Shown here piece by piece: positions 53,795 to 64,000 of a stretch of 64,000 bases of DNA. Position 1 is the stretch's first letter. Every line of letters starts with the position of its first letter. The position numbers and the translations under genes were made by a program. Below the pieces are notes generated by a model that did not search any database, was not told where the DNA came from, and saw nothing but the letters and a program-made list of their open reading frames with translations. Origin of the DNA: Octopus bimaculoides (taxonomy: Eukaryota); assembly GCF_001194135.2 (NCBI RefSeq), contig NC_068982.1:136277574-136341573 (forward strand), in the 5' to 3' direction.

Positions 53795-54690
53795 GTGTGT
53801 GTTATTGTGGTGTGTGTGTTTTATTGTGGTGTGTGTGTTTTATTTTGGTATATGTTTGGTTTTATAGTAATGTTTGGCGTTTGTGTGTTACTGTGGTTTG
53901 TGTGTGTGAGGGCGTTGCATGTGACACGGTAGGTGTTTCGATATCTAGTTGTGGTTTATATTTGTAGATAAATTGTTTTTCCTTGATTAATCTCTGTTGA
54001 TGGGTAAAAGAGTCTGAGAATGCGTAGCATGGAGAGATTTTGAAATTGAACAAGGTCATTTCCCCATAGTTTGCAATGTGACCACTTTGGGGAATCTTCC
54101 TTATGCTGTCATCCCAGATCTGTTGGCGGTGTATCGTCATTCTTATGCGTAATGAACCACCCGTCTGTCCTATGTAGTTTTGTCGGCACCCACCACATGT
54201 TATTGTGTAAATTAAGTTACAGGTGGAGTTTACTTTTACTTTAAGGGTTTGTCCTTTAAATTTGAATTTTGATCCTTCCATCAGGAAGAAGCAGGTTCTG
54301 CAATTTATTCTTCAGTTTTTTTAAAAATTTTTTATTTTCAAGTAGAATGGGCATGTTTCTGTAAATGAGGTCAAATATTTCAGAGTTCCTGGGATTGGAT
54401 GTTGACACATATGGTAAAATATTTTTCTTTATTTTGATTTTCGTCTTCCTTAGTTCCTAGGTATCAACATGTTTTAGCTCTGTCCATTCCCACTAGGCGA
54501 TTAAGACTAGTGGGAATCCCCTTTGAATGTGCTTGTTTTTAAGTTCATCTCGTCTTTGTTCATGTTTAGAAGGGTTTGACACTATTGAACAAATTCGTTT
54601 TACCAGGAAAAGAGAAATATTCAGCTTGGTGTGTTTAGGATGATATGATGTGAATAGAAGGTACTGTTTGGTGTCCGTGCGTTTATAAAC
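53795..54690 (-). mobile_element. Penelope-like element 3' portion (RT thumb, GIY-YIG endonuclease)
   Basis: YKRTDTKQYLLFTSYHPKHTKLNI..KRICSIVS; NSTCNLIYTITCGGCRQNYIGQTGGSLRIRMTIHRQQI; RLIKEKQFIYKYKPQL. Confidence 0.93.
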
Positions 54691-54912
54691 TACACACTCC
54701 ATATACAAGTCAAAAATAACTGGAAGAGGTACCTAGATGATTGCATTACCTTCTGGCAGGGAAACCTGGATACAATCACACGATTGAAAAATTTGCTGAA
54801 CAACTTAAACAACAACGTCCAATTTACAATGGTGTTTAACACCAAGAAACTTGCCTTCCTGGATATTTTAATCACCAACAAGGATGGGAAAATAGAAATG
54901 GACATATTTTAT
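54691..54912 (+). mobile_element. Inverted RT-core segment of the same Penelope-like element
   Basis: Plus-strand open frame NWKRYLDDCITFW..LNNNVQFTM..LAFLDILI..KIEMDIFY. Confidence 0.9.
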
Positions 54913-54928
54913 CTTCCGGCAGCTGGGG

Positions 54929-55266
54929 TTAAACAAGTAGTAAAATGAAACAGCCACATTGATGTGGCGATTATCTTTACTTTTTAGTGTAGTTACTACT
55001 CTCATCTCTTATTGAGATTTTAAAAGTAGTTATTTTGCTTGCTGCAAATCAGTGACTGATGGTCGGTTCGCGACTGAGAATGAGCAACTAGCTCGAAACC
55101 GAATCGGTCTCGCTATCTTGTTGTCTGCTGGAACATTGTAGGGGTTCGCTCCCTTGCAAGCAGTATATATGCACAAGATTCAGCGCTGCAGAGTTAACTA
55201 ACTGGCGGAAGATTTACTTGGATTTAAACTAGTAGTAACATTGAACAGCCACATTGATGTGGCGAT
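54929..55266 (+). repeat. 43-bp direct repeat pair 295 bp apart, each containing a GCCACAT-TG-ATGTGGC hairpin
   Basis: 54929-54971 versus 55224-55266 matches 39/43. Confidence 0.9.
55070..55113 (+). ncRNA. Type I hammerhead-like motif next to a PLE
   Basis: GCGA-CTGAGAA-T-GAGC AACTA GCTC-GAAA-CCG AAT CG-GTC-TCGC: stems I, II and III all pair, GUC triplet present; the core has A at G8. Confidence 0.72.
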
Positions 55267-55789
55267 GATGATTAATGGCCGAATCACCATTGTGTAGACT
55301 CGAAAGTAAGGTCTCGAGACCGTGAGGTAGAGTAGAATAATATTTATAGAAAGCAATCTTGTATCTGTCGATTCACTGACTGTTTTTCTGTCACAAAACA
55401 CCGGTGATTGACCTGATGGTACCCGCGCTTTTGTTATATATACAGCGAATTAGTCCGTTTATGAAAATACCGAAGAAAACCTGATGAGAATAATGTGATA
55501 CTGAACGTGAGGATTTGTGTAAATATGAGCATTATGAATAATTATAAAACAAATTTATTAAAATTCAACCTATAAAAATTGAAATGAATTATTAAAATTT
55601 CTATTGAAAAACATCTGTAGAGAAGATGAATTTCTATTGAAATCATCGCTGATAAAGCTTTTATATCAAAATGCTGAGAGAAATTTCTATGAAATTTCCC
55701 TGTGGTAAATTTACTAATGCAGACAGGTGTGCAAATATGTCAATGTTGAATGGAAGGATGTGTGAAGAATCTGTGATTTGATGTTATTA

Positions 55790-55830
55790 TAATTATTATT
55801 GTTGCTAATATTACTCTTGTTGGTGTTGTC

Positions 55831-55889
<59 letters not shown>

Positions 55890-55964
55890 CATTATTATTG
55901 TTATTGTTGTTATTGTTATTGTTGTTATTGTTATTGTTGTTGTTGTTATTATTATTATTATTAC

Positions 55965-56006
<42 letters not shown>
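55790..56006. repeat. (TTA)n/(TTG)n compound microsatellite
   Basis: Directly visible. Confidence 0.95.
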
Positions 56007-56007
<1 letters not shown>

Positions 56008-57267
56008 TCCTCATTATTTCATAGCTTGAGGCAAATTTCCATTGCGTCTTGTGGCACGCCTCCTTGTTCCTGAGGTGCGTGCAGCATTGTTCTTGTGTTG
56101 GTGTCGAGTGAATACAGACACTTCTTGTTTCTATATTGCATCAGTTTGATTTGTTTTGGGGTTTGGATTGGAAATTGTCTTGTATTAGTGTTTGTATTGT
56201 GTGTTGCAAATTGAATTATTCACTTCGGTATCCATCGTGTAGAGTACACGTTGTAGAAGTTGTTTATTTTAGTAGTCTCGAGTCAATCAAAGGATTGTGA
56301 GTGGATGTGTCAACAGAAACTGAAGGAAGCCCATAGTATATATATGTATGCATGTATTTATGTTTGTACTTTTGCTGTATTTGTTCTACGAATGCTTGAC
56401 ATTCGGTGCAGGTTTGTTTACTTTCGTCTACGATATTAGCTAGCCAAAATAACCGACATGATACGCACCAAGCTTTAAAAAGTTAATAATGATGTTCGTG
56501 TTTTTCGACTAAACATTTCAAGGCAGTGCCCCAGCATGGTCGCAGTCCAATGACCGAAATATGTAAACAATTAAGTAAATAAAAGACAGATTTGTTTACT
56601 GCTTCGAATCTCAGTGTTAAAAACAAGTATATATATATATATATGTATATGTATATACATATATATACATACATATGAAGAGAAAGAGAGAAAAATGTGA
56701 AAGACAGTTAATACTTATACGCCATTATCTTCACGTATCGATACACTTGATGCATTTAAGCTTTTCCACAATTTTCAGAACAACCATATATTTTAACCTC
56801 TGTATATTATGTTTTTAGACCGTTTTAACTTTGTAAGTCTCCATTTTTGTACATTTTTGCTCTCCAGGTATTGGTGCACAGATACAAATGTATACGTACA
56901 TTCGTGTACACAAGCACTCGTTCGCATTTATTTACATTCAATTGTATTCATCTATTAACATATTTATGTACGCGCATGTGACCATGCATGAAGCCCTGTG
57001 AGTGCATGTTAATATGGATGTTTACATACACTTTACCATAAAGAGCGAGGCGATGCAAGTCTATACAAGTATTGGGTATTTATTTGACTATGGACGAATA
57101 TGTGGTTGTATATTGCGTGTATGTGTAGGTATACTTATAGAAATATTATACGTTTGTTTGCACATGTGTGTTTACGAATGTTAGGATGTGTATAAGTGCC
57201 AGTGTGGATGTGTGGATGTGTATCTATGACTATGTATATATGTACATGCATCTAAACACACACATAC

Positions 57268-57327
57268 ATGAACCCGGAACCATGTGGTTGGAAAGGAAGC
57301 TATTTACGATACAGCCACTCCTGCGCC
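57268..57327 (-). mobile_element. Family D SINE head fragment
   Basis: gaacccggaaccatgtggttgg..cagccactcctgcgcct. Confidence 0.85.
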
Positions 57328-57933
57328 TATATATATATATATATATATATATATNNNNNNNNNNNNNNNNNNNNNNNNNNNNNNNNNNNNNNNNNNNNNN
57401 NNNNNNNNNNNNNNNNNNNNNNNNNNNNNNNNNNNNNNNNNNNNNNNNNNNNNNNNNNNNNNNNNNNNGTGTTGGTGAACAACTCTCTTTAAAAGCAAAA
57501 AATAATTACCTGACGATTAAATTTTACTTTATGTATTTTATGAAAATTTAAATATTGTTCAAATATTTTACTCCATTCCACATTCCAAATTATTCTTTTA
57601 AAATAAATGGAGAAATTGGATGATATTACTGTGAACTTTGGTTTCTCCCAAATAACTGAGAAAAACTTAGGTGACTGTATTATTTTGAATGAAGTAGAAG
57701 ATAACCACTCCAAAATACATGAATCCAACTCTCAGAGTTGCGAGCTGACAGTCTGCTTACACTATTTATCTATAGAAAGAAATTTCCTCCACGACAAAGT
57801 AAAGTGGATGGCTTTTGTACGGGTTGGAATATGCCTCAAGCATATTTGACAACTTTGAGCTATTGATATATTAGTCTACATTGGCTTCAAAGAAGATATG
57901 ATATTAAATATCGTAAAACTAGCAAAAGTAGTA

Positions 57934-58171
57934 CAGTAATCCCCCGACTATTGCGGGTGTTAGGTTCCTCCCCCACTGTGATAGGTGAAAATCCGCGAAG
58001 TAGAAACAGTACTGTACTGTATATGTTTATTATTATTATTTTAATAATTTGTATACATTTATTTTATTATAAATGCAAAACAACACCACAAAGGAATCGA
58101 TGTAAGCTTAAATAATAAACCGCGATAGGTGAACCGCGATAAGTGAACCGCTATATGGCAAGGGTTTACAG
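57934..58171. mobile_element. Tigger/pogo-like MITE with TA flanks
   Basis: ta-cagtaatcccccgactattgcgg ... ccgctatatggcaagggtttacag-ta: imperfect TIRs of the Tigger type. Confidence 0.7.
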
Positions 58172-59862
58172 TATTATAAGGTGCAACCCTTCGTATAATT
58201 TAAAAGTTCTTGATAAATTAGCCACAATTTTTCTTACCTGTACAAATAATTGACACCACGTATATCATTTATACTGTCAGATATTTCATAGAATCAGAGT
58301 TCTAAAAAATTCTGCTGCTTCTTTAACCAGTGTGAATTGAAGAAAACCTCCAGATGGAAAGACGCTTAATCCTTTTCTCCATTTACTCGTAAAAAAAGTT
58401 ACATACCTATTCTTCTTTCCAAGTCGTGTTGTACTTTTCTAAAATATTATTTTCTCTTGCAGATAAAAAAGAAACAAAATGCTATTTTCAAATCTGAGAC
58501 ATAGCTCGAATGGTTTCAAGAAACTGGATCACCCAGTTACCAATCATTTAATTTAAACTCGGTAGCGAATTAAATCTATATATCAATATATGACAATAAT
58601 GGACCCTTCGACAGGCTTCAGCGCAGTTTCTGTCTAGTAAACTTCAATCGTCAAGCATAGATCAATTCAAGGCTCTAGATGTCCTTTATTGATGTGGGAT
58701 GTGGGATGGAACATGAATCCACACAGTTACCAGGTAAATCCCTAGTCGTGTTTATGCTAGAGATACATATTTCAAACAAGTGTTGAATAATCTTTACGTA
58801 TCCGTATTTATTGAGGCACATATTTATTGTCTGTATTAGTTTCATTAAGAATATAGTCTATAATATATAATATATAAAGAGAAAAATTACAATGAAATTC
58901 ACTTGATTTAAAAATTAGGATGCGCGGTATATATTTTCTGTCAAGCCAAAGTGTGTTTTTTGTTAATTCTCAATTACTTCCTTAACACTCCTTCATTTAA
59001 TAGGGTTTAAATTTAACTTTCTCCCTTCCTATTTCAAACAATACGCTGTAATTAACCAACAGGTTCATCCACGTAATTCGCAATCTTGTACAAATGTTAT
59101 AAAATCAATATTACATGAACTCATTTAAACCGAATAATTTAAAATAAACATCCATTAACACGCTGACTTTATGATAGATAATTGCATATGTACAACTTAA
59201 TTTGTGAGAATTTGATTTATTAACAACATTCTCAGAAGCACTGGATGAATCGGAGAATTGAGAATGATATTAGGAATTGCGACAGAGTAGTATATTGATT
59301 TATTTATGTAAATTGAATCCCATAAAGCAACATGAGTTGTTAATATATTGCTTGTTCTACGAAACATGATAACTGTTACTGACCAATTTTGCCTCACATA
59401 GCGCGGAATATCTCCTGCTGGGTAATTATTATTAGGAAATTTCCATGACATCTCCACTAGAAATAAATGATTTCATAACATTTTATTTTAATAAATACTA
59501 TTTTAATGCTCTCGAGAAGATGCATTAATAGGTTCCCCACTTACAACTTTTGGCAGTGAAAGAATTAAATTTGTTTCGTTTTTCAAATTCTTGTTCGGTG
59601 TCTTTCTCCTAATAGCTTCTATAAGATTTTGAGTGTCTTAATGTACCACTCGCTGTTCACAGCAGAGCTGCGTGTCAGAAAGTTAAGAAGGACGCCATTG
59701 ACATCTCCCACAAACATTGATCTTTACTTTCTGCGACCAATGGCACTTGAGATACAACTTTATGCAGAAAAGGTGAGACACAAATCCATAGACTGGGCAG
59801 TGGTTTCTCATAATAAAGATAAATTTCTGACACTTATATATTTCGGCCAAAATATTGAAACA

Positions 59863-60277
59863 GCGCAGGAGTGGCTGTGTGGTAAGTAGCTTGCTTACCA
59901 ACCACATGGTTCCAGGTTCAGTCCCACTGCGTGGCACCTTAGGCAAGTGTCTTCTACTATAGCCTCGGGCCTTGTGAGTGGATTTGGTAGACGGAAACTG
60001 AAAGAAGATTGTCGTATATATGTATGTATATATGTCTGTGTGTCTGTGTGTGTGTATGTTTGTGTGCCTGCTTGTCCCCCCAACATCGCTTGACAACCGA
60101 TGACGGTGTGTTTACGTTCCCGTAACTTAGCGGTTCGGCAAAAGAGACCGAGAGAATAAGTACTAGGCTTCCAAAGAATAAATCCTGGGGTCGATTTGCT
60201 CGACTAAAGGCGTTGCTCCAGTATGTGGCCGCAGTCAAATGACTGAAACAAGTAAAAAAGTAAAAGAGAGAAAGAGT
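59863..60277 (+). mobile_element. Family D SINE, full length
   Basis: Reverse-complement homologue of 45623-46036. Confidence 0.95.
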
Positions 60278-61180
60278 ATGTAACAACATTCATGCGTTCT
60301 ATTTTGTTGTATTAGAATGAATAAAATTAAACGCATTATATATTAAACTGGCGAGTAAGAACGGTTTATTATATGTGTGCATGCACATGTATGAGTGGAT
60401 GGATATGCTTGTGTACGCACACGGATGTAAGGATGTATCTATATCTGGTATATACAGATATGTGCTAAACTCGACCCTTTCCTGGTTTCCTGAATATTAA
60501 AATCCCTTCATTCAAATGAATCGTTCATGTATATATATATATATNNNNNNNNNNNNNNNNNNNNNNNNNNNNNNNNNNNNNNNNNNNNNNNNNNNNNNNN
60601 NNNNNNNNNNNNNNNNNNNNNNNNNNNNNNNNNNNNNNNNNNNNNNNNNNNNNNNNNNNNNNNNNNNNNNNNNNNNNNNNNNNNNNNNNNNNNNNNNNNN
60701 NNNNNNNNNNNNNNNNNNNNNNNNNNNNNNNNNNNNNNNNNNNNNNNNNNNNNNNNNNNNNNNNNNNNNNNNNNNNNNNNNNNNNNNNNNNNNNNNNNNN
60801 NNNNNNNNNNNNNNNNNNNNNNNNNNNNNNNNNNNNNNNNNNNNNNNNNNNNNNNNNNNNNNNNNNNNNNNNNNNNNNNNNNNNNNNNNNNNNNNNNNNN
60901 NNNNNNNNNNNNNNNNNNNNNNNNNNNNNNNNNNNNNNNNNNNNNNNNNNNNNNNNNNNNNNNNNNNNNNNNNNNNNNNNNNNNNNNNNNNNNNNNNNNN
61001 NNNNNNNNNNNNNNNNNNNNNNNNNNNNNNNNNNNNNNNNNNNNNNNNNNNNNNNNNNNNNNNNNNNNNNNNNNNNNNNNNNNNNNNNNNNNNNNNNNNN
61101 NNNNNNNNNNNNNNNNNNNNNNNNNNNNNNNNNNNNNNNNNNNNNNNNNNNNNNNNNNNNNNNNNNNNNNNNNNNNNNNN

Positions 61181-61230
<50 letters not shown>

Positions 61231-61374
61231 CATACATACATACACTCACACACGCACAAACACACAAATCCAAACACACTCACGCGCACGCACACACACA
61301 CACACACACACACACAACACACATAAATTATACATCCATATAAAAGTGATGAATAAAATAGGGATTATATATCA

Positions 61375-61570
61375 TTAAGGGTTGCCGAATCATAAGCGCT
61401 TCGGACAAATTGCGTAGAAACATTTCTTTCAGCACCCAGTGTGCCGAGTTCAATTCCCATGTAGTCAACTTTGCCTTCCATCTATTCAAGAACGTACCAG
61501 TTGTGCATTCGGATAGATGTAAGCGATATTCTCCCAGTAAAAGTCTTGTAGTAAAATTTGAAACCATTAT
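61375..61570 (+). mobile_element. Family A SINE, strongly diverged
   Basis: gagttcaattccc..gtcaactttgccttccatc..gtaccagttg..aaaatttgaaaccatt. Confidence 0.7.
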
Positions 61571-61631
61571 TTCTCTTTACTCTACACTTCGTTTTGATTT
61601 CTCAACATTATCATTACAATAATATTAATTT

Positions 61632-61997
61632 CCATGGCCTTGTGGTAAGAAGCTCGCTTCCAAACCTTTGGCAAGTGTCTTCTACAATAGCCTCGGCTGA
61701 CCAAGGCCCAGTAAGTAGATTTGGTAGACAGAAACTAAAAGCCGGTTTTATATAAATATGTGTGTGTGTGTCTTTGTGTCTGTGATGTCCCCTCTCCATT
61801 TTTGACAACCAGTGCTGGTGTGTTTTTATTCCCGTAACTTAGCAGTTTGGCAAAAGAAACCAATAGAATATTACCAGGCTTTAAAAATAAGTACTGGGGT
61901 CCATATATTTGATAAAAAATTGTTCAAGGCGGTGCCCCAGCATGGACGCGATCAAAATAACTGGCTCAAGTAATAGATAAAAGGAAAAAGATAAAAA
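61632..61997 (+). mobile_element. Family D SINE, diverged
   Basis: ggcaagtgtcttctacaatagcctcgg..gatttggtagacagaaact..aaggcggtgccccagcatgg. Confidence 0.85.
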
Positions 61998-63202
61998 GTT
62001 GCTTTTGAGTATTTGCACGAAATCCAATGTTTCACTTCAACTGTCTTGTGTCCTTACTGTTTTCTTCCCTTTATTCATGTAATCATTCAATAAGACTATT
62101 CGTTGAGCTGTATATGGTGCCATGGGGCAGGTACAAACTGGTTCAGTACAGATTACCCGATACACTTCGATATCTATCAATACCAGTTCAATCACCTGCA
62201 CGTTGACAGTATATCATATTCTGGATTTTCATTTGACTTTTGTTATTTCTTTTTCATGGATGCAATTATTTTCTATTCCACTCTGTATTGACATATTTAT
62301 TTCATATTTCCATTTCTTCTGAAAAAACTCTATAAACTCAAGACAAAATGAAAATAAAATATTACAGAATGATTCATTACATATGATTGTAAGAGGATAT
62401 AGGAGGCATTTGGATGACTTCTGTAAAAGATTTACATTATTTTTACACGTTCTTCTAGAAAAACAAAAAAACTTGTGTGCCAAATGTATTTTTCATATTT
62501 TCGTACAAATAAATATATGAAGCCTCAAAAACGAAAATTTCTCTGGAGACAAATATGAAGAAACAGAGATCAACAAATCTTTATTAGTATGATAGAAAGA
62601 AAACTTTCAAAATGTAAGGAGTCAGAAAATACAGAATTGATATGCATAAATACCTGTATGAATTTGTATGCATATGTGTATATAGATAATTACACACGTA
62701 TAACACATATGTGTGCAAATATGAATATGTGCGCGCGAGCGTACATGTATATATATATGTGTATATAATATAAATATATATATATGCATGCATATGGACA
62801 TGTATATGTATGTATAATATATGTGTATATATACATATATATATATATACATCCAATATATGTGTATGACTGTGTGTGCATTAGACTTATCAAATAAATA
62901 AAATTTGAAACAGGTAATGATAGAAATGCATCATACATTTTGTAAGGACGAATTTGCTTTATGTATGTGTTGACAGTAACATCAGATTTTTCCTCTCCAC
63001 TCTTCTTGCAATACCAAGAAATAGATCGAGTTTGTAGTGATTTATAAAACCAATATTCTGTAAATCCCATAGAGGTATGGAGACTTCCCTATGTGCGTTT
63101 CCCTAAGCAATTGTTTGGTATGGCATCGGTTTGTGAAAACAAATTTTGTTTTCCTTAAATTGCAAATACAATTTGTAGTGCACATGTATACTGTATAGTT
63201 GC

Positions 63203-63690
63203 ATGTGTGGCTGTGTAGTATGAGCTTGATTCCGAACCATATGGTCCAGGGTTCAGTCCCACTACGTGGCATCTTAGGCAAGTGTTTACTACTATATATA
63301 TATATATCTCACTGCGTGGTACCTTGGGCAAGTGTCTACTACTATAACCTCAGATCGACCAAAGCCTCGTGAATAGATTTTGTAGACGGAATCTGAAAGA
63401 AGCCCGTCGTATATACGTATATGTATATGTGAGTGTATGTGTGTGTGATTGTATTTGTGTTTGCCCCCACCCCCCCANNNNNNNNNNNNNNNNNNNNNNN
63501 NNNNNNNNNNNNNNNNNNNNNNNNNGCGCTGATGTGTTTATGTTCTCCTAACGTAGCGGTTCGGCATAAGATAACAATAGAATAAGTACCAGGCTTTTAA
63601 AAATAAGTACTGAAGGCGATATATTCTTCAACGTGATGCTCCAGTATGGCCGATGTCAAATGGCTAAAACAAGTAAATGATAAAAGATAG
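63203..63690 (+). mobile_element. Family D SINE with an internal duplication and a gap
   Basis: The segment cact(a/g)cgtgg..ggcaagtgt..actactata occurs twice, separated by (TA)n. Confidence 0.85.
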
Positions 63691-63735
63691 CTTCGTTAAT
63701 TTATTGTGTGCAAAGTATGATTTAGACTATGATTT

Positions 63736-64000
63736 GTGGAGGCGCAATGGCCCAGTGGTTAGTGCAGCGGACTCGCGATCATAGGATCGCGGTTTCGATT
63801 CCCAGACCGGGAGTTGTGAGTGTTTATTGAGCGAAAACACCTAAAAACTCCACGAAGCTCCGGCAGGGGATGGTGGCGAACCTTGCTGTACTCTTTCACC
63901 ACAACTTTCTCTCACTCTTTCTTCCTGTTTCTATTGTGCCCGTAACTCAAAGGGTCAGCCTTGTCACGCTGAATATCCCCGAGAACAACGTTCAGGGTAC
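63736..64000 (+). mobile_element. Family C SINE, truncated by the window end
   Basis: A box tggcccagtgg at 63748-63758, B box ggtttcgattcc at 63791-63802; near-identical to 8517-8770. Confidence 0.93.

Noticed and set aside
56005-56300. Possible LINE 3' UTR abutting (TAA)n on the minus strand
   Set aside because: No convincing coding motif and no second copy in the window.
57607-57849. 80-aa ORF faintly resembling a CR1 endonuclease
   Set aside because: The catalytic GDFN motif is absent; the similarity is too weak.
63736-63810. tRNA-like sequences here and at 8517 and 6969
   Set aside because: They are SINE heads continuing into repeat bodies without a complete acceptor stem, so they are not called tRNA genes.

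Overview
AT-rich eukaryotic genomic DNA with 13 N-gaps (18754-19122, 19787-20213, 24730-25531, 25947-26151, 28511-28758, 30014-30571, 34798-34878, 41166-41370, 42388-42606, 48770-49136, 57355-57468, 60545-61180, 63478-63525). The SINE families and microsatellite load suggest an octopus-like cephalopod genome; this is inferred from memory of those repeats, not from a search. I could not support any host protein-coding exon, so the window looks intronic or intergenic. Most ORF-track entries are microsatellite or gap artefacts. The interpretable content is transposon-derived: Tx1/L1-clade LINE fragments, several R4/Dong-type (restriction-like endonuclease) LINE fragments, CR1-clade and RTE fragments, Penelope-like elements (PLEs) of two clades, a full-length decayed mariner with TIRs, a deleted mariner, Tigger-like and hAT-like MITE pieces, a possible Helitron helicase remnant, and about 20 tRNA-derived SINE copies. 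The most interesting signals are minimal type I hammerhead-ribozyme motifs with variant cores (best at 6525-6567, 14377-14419, 55070-55113), some in fold-back elements; a PLE with a clean 5'-inversion junction; two loci where SINEs inserted serially at one target site; and a SINE/CR1-LINE shared 3' tail. All alignments and translations were done by eye and element boundaries are approximate.
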